This document shows positions 58,430 to 64,000 of a stretch of 64,000 nt of DNA, in pieces. How positions within the stretch are numbered: the stretch's first letter is position 1; every line of letters starts with the position of its first letter. The stretch lies in assembly GCA_963810935.1 (NCBI GenBank), contig CAWEPK010000005.1, positions 96,001 to 160,000 of the forward strand. Direction: 5' to 3'. The translations under genes were made by a program, and so were the position numbers. Source of the stretch: an uncultured delta proteobacterium. Its GTDB lineage: Bacteria; Desulfobacterota; Syntrophorhabdia; Syntrophorhabdales; WCHB1-27. The notes below the pieces were generated by a model. That model saw only the letters and a list, made by a program, of their open reading frames with translations. It was not told the origin of the DNA and did not search any database.

Positions 58430-58696
58430 CTATCTCTCAAGGGGTGATGACGGCAGGGGCGTCGCCTCAACAATATCCCATGCCGTTGTTCCCTTAGTTT
58501 GCAGGATCACCTGAGAGGGTGAGACCGACTCGATTGCCGTGTAGGGGACGAGTGTTACAGGGGCGCCGGCGTCGCAGAGGAGGAATTCTTTTTCGCGGAA
58601 GCCCCGGACGAAACCGAGGGGGCGCCTGTCAACGGTCAGGACCTCCATCCCCTCTGCCACGTCCGGCCTTACCGGACATCCAACGGTCCTATCCAT
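58430..58696 (-). CDS. Small PRC-barrel/DUF2171-like protein
   Basis: EGMEVLTVDRRPLGFV ... VPYTAIESVSPSQVIL. Confidence 0.5.
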   Translation of the reverse strand: MDRTVGCPVRPDVAEGMEVLTVDRRPLGFVRGFREKEFLLCDAGAPVTLVPYTAIESVSPSQVILQTKGTTAWDIVEATPLPSSPLER

Positions 58697-58733
58697 AAAT
58701 CCGAAGATAATACAGGTTTCACGGAAATCAAGG

Positions 58734-58771
58734 GCGGAAACGTCCGTCCACGCGGGGACGGACGTTTCCGC
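58734..58771. terminator. Perfect 16-bp stem-loop downstream of satP
   Basis: GCGGAAACGTCCGTCC-ACGCGG-GGACGGACGTTTCCGC. Confidence 0.55.
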
Positions 58772-58867
58772 TATCTTCGGCATGGTAATGCGCTGACCGG
58801 CAGGCAATGCCTGCTCGGCATCCGGCCCTTGCGTTCTGTGGAAGGGCCGTCGCTATTGCGAAGGACC

Positions 58868-59455
58868 TTACCTTGCGCCGGCGAGCTTGACTGCCGGGGC
58901 CGCCTGGTCGCCTATAGGAAGCACCGTCCTGCCGTGGACTTCGTTGAGCACCTCAGCCATGGCGAGGTAAAAAGCGGACGCGCCGCACGTGATGCCTTCC
59001 CATCCGGCAATCGTTCCTATGGTCGCGCTGCCGGCCCAGTCCCTGATCGCCAGAAGCCAGAAAAGGATCGTGAGGCTGAGGAATACATACTGGATGACCC
59101 TGTTCTTGCCCCATGTGCCGAACCACATGAAGAAGGTGAACGTTCCCCAGCAGAAGAGATACCAGCCCATGAACCCCGGAGAAACCCCCGGCAGCTCTTT
59201 GAACACAATGATGAATACGAGGCTCATCCAGAAAAGACCGTAGGACGTGAAAGCAGTCATGCCGAACGTATTGCCTTTCTTGAATTCCAATATCCCCGCG
59301 ATGACCTGCGCTATGCCGCCGTAACAGACCCCCATAGCCAGTATCATGGAACCCATAGGAAAAATGCCCGCGTTGTGAATGTTCAAAAGTATTGTGGTCA
59401 TGCCGAAGCCTGCAAGCCCGAGCGGCGCCGGATTCCCTAGTTTTTCCGCTTCCAT
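58868..59455 (-). CDS. satP: Acetate/succinate transporter SatP (GPR1/FUN34/YaaH)
   Basis: GNPAPLGLAGFGMTTILLN, GNTFGMTAFTSYGLFW. Confidence 0.93.
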   Translation of the reverse strand: MEAEKLGNPAPLGLAGFGMTTILLNIHNAGIFPMGSMILAMGVCYGGIAQVIAGILEFKKGNTFGMTAFTSYGLFWMSLVFIIVFKELPGVSPGFMGWYLFCWGTFTFFMWFGTWGKNRVIQYVFLSLTILFWLLAIRDWAGSATIGTIAGWEGITCGASAFYLAMAEVLNEVHGRTVLPIGDQAAPAVKLAGAR

Positions 59456-59586
59456 TTGACCCCCCCGTCGTATTTAATGGCTTGTGCAGTTGTTCACAAG
59501 TAGGAGAATATACTACGGCTTCCGAAAACGTGTCAACTCTTTCGTTTAGGTTGAGCAAAAAATAGCCGATAAGATAGCAGGCTCTT

Positions 59587-59898
59587 ATGGCGAGACAATA
59601 CGAACCTGAAGAACAGACCGGCCGATGCGTGCATATCCGCCGCCTCCTGGGCAAGCGGCTGAGGATTCCTCTCGTCGCCACGGTCGAGCCTGTCAATCCC
59701 GGCTTTGTGGCGCACGCAGGGGGCATCTCCGTCTTCGGCTACGGAGACAACGCCACGGAGGCAATCGAGGTGCTGAAGGAAGGGATAGAGAACATGTGTC
59801 TGGACGACGAGTTCGTAGACCTGCGGGCCGCCGTTCAGAGGATGCTGCTGCTGGAAAACGTCATGGCGGGCGAAAGACCGCAGGGCCTGGGCAGTTAA
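59587..59898 (+). CDS. Hypothetical protein with HicB-like partial RNase H fold
   Basis: GFVAH...VFGYGDNATEAIEVLKEGIE resembles the HicB GxTxxEA motif; no HicA gene seen. Confidence 0.45.
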   Translation: MARQYEPEEQTGRCVHIRRLLGKRLRIPLVATVEPVNPGFVAHAGGISVFGYGDNATEAIEVLKEGIENMCLDDEFVDLRAAVQRMLLLENVMAGERPQGLGS

Positions 59899-59901
59899 GC
59901 C

Positions 59902-60357
59902 TTAGGTCTGGCGCTTTTTCTCCTTTATCGTTTTCTTCTTATCTACCGGCCGTTTCTTTTGAACGTCATCTTTCGCTTTTTGCGCGCTTATCGCCTGTAT
60001 GTCAGTCTGCAGCCGGGCGATGTCGCCCTTAAGCTTGTCGACCTCGCCGCCGGATTTCTCGAGCTTTGCGTTGAGCGCAGCCACTTCTCCTTTGATGTCA
60101 TCGAACATCTTCTTGTCCGGCTGGCCGCGTAGTGATGTCACCTCGCGGTCCAGGCGGTCGATCCTCGCAAAAGAAACAAAGCATAACAAGAGCAGTACTG
60201 CCGCCACTATCGTCGGGGCAAGCAGCCCCCTTCCGACCTTCCGGGCGGGCGCGCGTTCATAAGCCTCGGTTCCCTGCCCCTGCACAGGCTCGTAGCTCTG
60301 GCTCCTCAGAAACTCCTCCACGCTCTTTCCCTGCTTGCCTCTACCGATACCGGCCAT
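59902..60357 (-). CDS. Membrane-anchored coiled-coil hypothetical protein
   Basis: Single TM helix, then heptad-rich region and Lys-rich tail; GGAG RBS. Confidence 0.6.
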   Translation of the reverse strand: MAGIGRGKQGKSVEEFLRSQSYEPVQGQGTEAYERAPARKVGRGLLAPTIVAAVLLLLCFVSFARIDRLDREVTSLRGQPDKKMFDDIKGEVAALNAKLEKSGGEVDKLKGDIARLQTDIQAISAQKAKDDVQKKRPVDKKKTIKEKKRQT

Positions 60358-60444
60358 TACTTACTCCTCCCGATGCGCGTCTTCAAACCATGCCCTAGTC
60401 TATATTCCGCAGGCGATATTTTGCAACACTTTTGTTGGGGCCAG

Positions 60445-60523
60445 TTATTGGGGCTCAGCGCCCCCTCCACCGGCAAAGCCGGCTGGAGCCTCCCCGCTCG
60501 GCGCGGCGCTACGCTTGCTTTAT
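60445..60523 (-). repeat. Structured intergenic repeat (REP/MITE-like), copy B
   Basis: Reverse complement of 57117-57194, with differences concentrated in the internal hairpin. Confidence 0.85.
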
Positions 60524-60645
60524 AAAACAGCGCCGATGCGAGTAAATGCTTGAAGAGCGCTTCAATTGACAGGGAGGCCATAGTGTTTATCTTTGAACTA
60601 TCCAAAAGAACCGAAAGCCGGAAGATACGACCAAGGAGGCAGCGT

Positions 60646-61869
60646 ATGAGAGCGATCATTTACAAAGGGCCTTACATCATCGGTCTTGATAATGTCGAGG
60701 ACCCGGTTATCGAGCAGCCGGGCGACGCGATAGTCAAAGTCACATCGAGCGGCATATGCGGCAGCGACCTGCACATGTACGAAGGAAGGACGGCGGCGGG
60801 GCCGGGCGTGGTCTTCGGCCATGAGATCATGGGCACGGTGCATGAGACCGGCGGCGGCGTCTTCTCGATCAAAAAAGGCGACCGCGTAGTCCTGCCCTTC
60901 AATATAAGCTGCGGCGTCTGCTTCAACTGCACGAGGGGCTACTACAACTCATGCCTGACTGCCAACCCGGAAGGCGCCAGTGCAGCATACGGCTACGTAG
61001 GCATGGGCCCGTTCCGTGGGGGACAGGCGGAGTACGTACGTGTACCATACGCGGACGTCAACTGCCTGAAGCTTCCCGGCAAGCCGGGAGACGACCTCGA
61101 GGACGATTTCCTTTTGCTTTCGGACGTCTTCCCTACGGGTTATCACGGCGCGGAAATGGCAGGCGTGGAGCCCGGCATGAGCGTCGCCGTCTTCGGCGCG
61201 GGCCCGGTCGGGCTGCTCGCTGCGTACAGCTCGCTTTTGAAAGGGGCCTCCGAGGTTTACGTTGTCGATTGCGTCAAGGCGCGGCTCGACAAGGCCCGCC
61301 ACATAGGCGCCATCCCGGTTGATTTCTCGAAGGGCGACCCCGTGGAGCAGATATTCGAGCTGAGAAAGCACAACGCGGGCATCGCCGGGTCGTGGAGGCC
61401 GGGAGAGGAGAAGATGGCAGGGGTCATGTGCGGGATAGACGCGGTAGGCTATGAGGCGCTCGACACCTCGAACCCCAAACAGCAGAACCCCGCTCAGGTG
61501 ATAAACGACCTCGTAAGGGTAGTGAACCCGACCGGAAAGATCGGCGTAGTCGGGGTCTACCTGCCTTCGGACCCGGGAGGCATAAACGAGACTGCCAAAA
61601 AGGGCGAGTATAATATTGCCTTTGGCAAGATCTTCGAGAAGGCCATCGCTTTCGGCACCGGCCAGGCCATAGTGAAGAAATACAACGCGTACCTCAGGGA
61701 CCTGATCATTGACGGCAGGGCGAAGCCGAGCTTCATCGTGAGCCATCGCCTGCCCCTGGAGGACGCTGTATCGGCTTACGACAAATTCGATAAGAGGACG
61801 GACGGCTATACGAAGGTGATCTTAAAGCCGCTCATGAAGAAGGCCGAGCGGGCCAAGCGCGCGGCCTAG
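60646..61869 (+). CDS. Glutathione-independent formaldehyde dehydrogenase-like MDR
   Basis: GICGSDLH, GHE, CGVCFNC...C, GGQAEYVRVPYAD, LSDVFPTG, GIDAVG; AAGGAGG RBS; TTGACA/TATCTT promoter at 60566-60593. Confidence 0.88.
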   Translation: MRAIIYKGPYIIGLDNVEDPVIEQPGDAIVKVTSSGICGSDLHMYEGRTAAGPGVVFGHEIMGTVHETGGGVFSIKKGDRVVLPFNISCGVCFNCTRGYYNSCLTANPEGASAAYGYVGMGPFRGGQAEYVRVPYADVNCLKLPGKPGDDLEDDFLLLSDVFPTGYHGAEMAGVEPGMSVAVFGAGPVGLLAAYSSLLKGASEVYVVDCVKARLDKARHIGAIPVDFSKGDPVEQIFELRKHNAGIAGSWRPGEEKMAGVMCGIDAVGYEALDTSNPKQQNPAQVINDLVRVVNPTGKIGVVGVYLPSDPGGINETAKKGEYNIAFGKIFEKAIAFGTGQAIVKKYNAYLRDLIIDGRAKPSFIVSHRLPLEDAVSAYDKFDKRTDGYTKVILKPLMKKAERAKRAA

Positions 61870-61894
61870 GTTGGGGCTCAACGCACGCGGGGGA

Positions 61895-62527
61895 TCAGGC
61901 GGAAAGGAGGTCCTTCACCTTCCGCATGTCCGCGTAGGCGTCGCCCATCGCGCTTTGGTTCCGCAGCAGGAAGGAAGGGTGGTAGGTGGGCAACAGCTTG
62001 ATGCCTCTGTACTCGGTGAGTTGTCCGCGTATCTTCGTTATCCGCGCATCGACGCCGAGAAGTGTATTGTACGCGTGCTTGCCCAACGTGCAGATAAGCA
62101 GGGGGTTTATCGTCTCGAGCTGCGCGCTCAGGTAGTCCTTGCACGCCTCGACCTCCACCGGCTCCGGGTCCCGGTTGCCCGGCGGCCTGCACTTCAGGAC
62201 GTTGCAGATATAGACGTCCTGCCGCTTGAAGCCTATGCTCTCGATCATCTTGTCGAGCAACTTGCCTGCCCGTCCGACGAAGGGCCTGCCCTGCCGGTCT
62301 TCTTCCTCCCCCGGCGCCTCGCCCACGAAGACTAACCGCGCAGCCTCGTCGCCTTCACCGAAGACGACGGTACTGCGGCTCGCAGAAAGGCCGCACCTGG
62401 TGCAGGCGGCAGCCTTCAGCCGGACGCGGTCAAGCGTCTGCCGCTCTTCTGCGCCGGAGACGTAGTGGTCGATGCCCATTTTATGGAGGGCCGCCAGAAA
62501 GCGTTTCGGGTCGTCTATCGTTTTCAT
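61895..62527 (-). CDS. Uracil-DNA glycosylase family 4 ([4Fe-4S])
   Basis: CTRCGL, VGEAPG, GRPFVG, NVLKCRPP, TYHPS. Confidence 0.93.
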   Translation of the reverse strand: MKTIDDPKRFLAALHKMGIDHYVSGAEERQTLDRVRLKAAACTRCGLSASRSTVVFGEGDEAARLVFVGEAPGEEEDRQGRPFVGRAGKLLDKMIESIGFKRQDVYICNVLKCRPPGNRDPEPVEVEACKDYLSAQLETINPLLICTLGKHAYNTLLGVDARITKIRGQLTEYRGIKLLPTYHPSFLLRNQSAMGDAYADMRKVKDLLSA

Positions 62528-62530
62528 CGC

Positions 62531-63991
62531 TTAACCGAAGGCGTCGGGCAGCTTTTTGAGCTTCTTCTCCGCCTCGAAAAGGTACGCGGCCTGGAGCATG
62601 CGTGACTCGCCCAGGGGCTTCCCTATGATCTGCAGGCCGATGGGCAGGCCGCGGCTGTCGAAGCCGCACGGCAGCGACATGCCGGGCAGGCCGGCCAGGT
62701 TGACCGGTATCGTGAAAATGTCCGAGAGGTACATGGTCAGCGGGTCTTCCGTCTTTTCGCCGATCTTGAAAGCCGTTGTGGGCGAGACGGGCGTGACGAT
62801 CAGGTCGCACAGGCCGAAGGCCGCGTCGAAATCGCGCTTTATGAGCGTCCTGACCTGCCCGGCCTTCCTGTAATAGGCGTCGTAGTACCCCGACGACAGG
62901 ACATAGGTGCCGAGGATGATGCGCATCTTCACTTCCCGGCCGAAGCCCGCCGAGCGTGTTTTTTTGTACATGTCGATGATGTCTTTTCCGTCGACCCTCA
63001 TGCCGTATTTAACCCCGTCGTAGCGGGCGAGGTTCGAAGATGCCTCCGCAGTGGCGATGATATAGTAGATCGCCACTGCGTATTGCGTGTGGGGCAGCGA
63101 GACGGGCACCACCGTGGCGCCGAGATGCTCGAACGTCTTGATCGACGACTCGACCGCCTCCTTCACCTCACGGTCCATGCCCTCGATGAAATATTCGGCG
63201 GGTATGCCGATTTTGAGTCCCTTGATATCCTTGCCGAGGCCCGCCGCGTAATCGGGGACGGGCTGCGGTATCGACGTCGAGTCCATACGGTCGTGCCCGG
63301 CTATTGCCTTGAGGACAACGGCGCAGTCTTCGACGCTACGCGTGATCGGCCCTATCTGGTCGAGGGACGAGGCGAAGGCGACGAGGCCGTAACGCGATAC
63401 CCTGCCGTACGTGGGCTTGAGGCCCACTGCACCGCACAGGCTGGCCGGCTGCCTGATGGAGCCTCCCGTGTCGGTCCCCAGCGCAGCGGCGCAGAGGCCC
63501 GACATCACCGCAGCCGCCGACCCGCCGCTCGACCCGCCGGGTATGCGTGTCAGGTCCCAGGGGTTCTTCGTAACTTGGTAAGAAGAGTTCTCAGTGGACG
63601 ATCCCATAGCGAACTCGTCCATATTGAGCCTGCCGAGATGGACGTAGCCGCCCTCGTTCAGCCTCTTAACGACCGTTGCGTCGTAAGGCGGGCGGAAACC
63701 TTTCAGTATCTGCGAGGCGCATGTCGTCTCGATGCCCTTAGTGCAGAAGATGTCCTTCATGCCGAAAGGTATGCCCGTCAGCTCGCCGTCGCTTCCTTCG
63801 CGTATCCGCCTGTCCGCCTCACTTGCCATCGCGAGCGCCGTCTCCTCGGTTGTGCGGAGATAGGCGCCTACTTTTCCGTCGTGCTCCTTTATCCTGTCGA
63901 GGTAGAAGCGCGTCAGCTCGTATGATGTGATCTCCCCTTTTTTCAGGAGGTCCCTTACTTCCTTTATGCCTTTATGCAGAAGCTCTTTCAT
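62531..63991 (-). CDS. gatA: Asp/Glu-tRNA amidotransferase subunit A
   Basis: [51 protein letters not shown]. Confidence 0.97.
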   Translation of the reverse strand: MKELLHKGIKEVRDLLKKGEITSYELTRFYLDRIKEHDGKVGAYLRTTEETALAMASEADRRIREGSDGELTGIPFGMKDIFCTKGIETTCASQILKGFRPPYDATVVKRLNEGGYVHLGRLNMDEFAMGSSTENSSYQVTKNPWDLTRIPGGSSGGSAAAVMSGLCAAALGTDTGGSIRQPASLCGAVGLKPTYGRVSRYGLVAFASSLDQIGPITRSVEDCAVVLKAIAGHDRMDSTSIPQPVPDYAAGLGKDIKGLKIGIPAEYFIEGMDREVKEAVESSIKTFEHLGATVVPVSLPHTQYAVAIYYIIATAEASSNLARYDGVKYGMRVDGKDIIDMYKKTRSAGFGREVKMRIILGTYVLSSGYYDAYYRKAGQVRTLIKRDFDAAFGLCDLIVTPVSPTTAFKIGEKTEDPLTMYLSDIFTIPVNLAGLPGMSLPCGFDSRGLPIGLQIIGKPLGESRMLQAAYLFEAEKKLKKLPDAFG

Positions 63992-64000
63992 ACCGTCTCC

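Noticed and set aside
57117..60523. Composite transposon or invertible segment bounded by the two inverted repeat copies
   Set aside because: No transposase or recombinase inside, no target-site duplication seen, and other dispersed copies exist.
1..64000. CRISPR array, prophage or IS elements
   Set aside because: No regularly spaced direct repeats and no cas, phage structural, integrase or transposase motifs were recognised.

Overview
GC-rich chromosomal window from an anaerobic diderm bacterium. The gene repertoire (TRAP + aryl/acyl-CoA ligase, UPF0280/NIL-ferredoxin, ThiDN, archaeal-type ThyA, SatP) suggests a deltaproteobacterial syntroph such as Syntrophorhabdaceae; this is an inference. 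Most genes are housekeeping: trxB, rph, rdgB, a MarR-RND efflux operon, cysE-nifS-mtaB, a glgD-like/glgC pair, tRNA-Met, HU, xseA, thiC, argS, lepB, udg and gatA. The standout is an 8-gene minus-strand cluster (28630-38409). It joins a CDP-inositol-type headgroup pathway (Ino1, HAD, nucleotidyltransferase, flippase-like protein, CDP-alcohol phosphotransferase) to TolC, an HpnN/MMPL-type RND transporter and an MlaC/HpnM-like carrier, making it a candidate inositol-lipid synthesis plus trans-envelope export system. Other signals: a four-copy structured intergenic repeat whose hairpin is conserved while its sequence varies; three +1 frameshifts all at AGCT (likely methylation-linked read errors); several apparent pseudo-enzymes (type IIG RM-like protein, amidase-like protein, Cys-to-Ser nitrilase); an ACG start on panE; several probably leaderless genes; and a LolB-like lipoprotein. 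No CRISPR array, transposase, integrase or phage genes were seen. All calls come from motif recognition by eye; no database searches were run.
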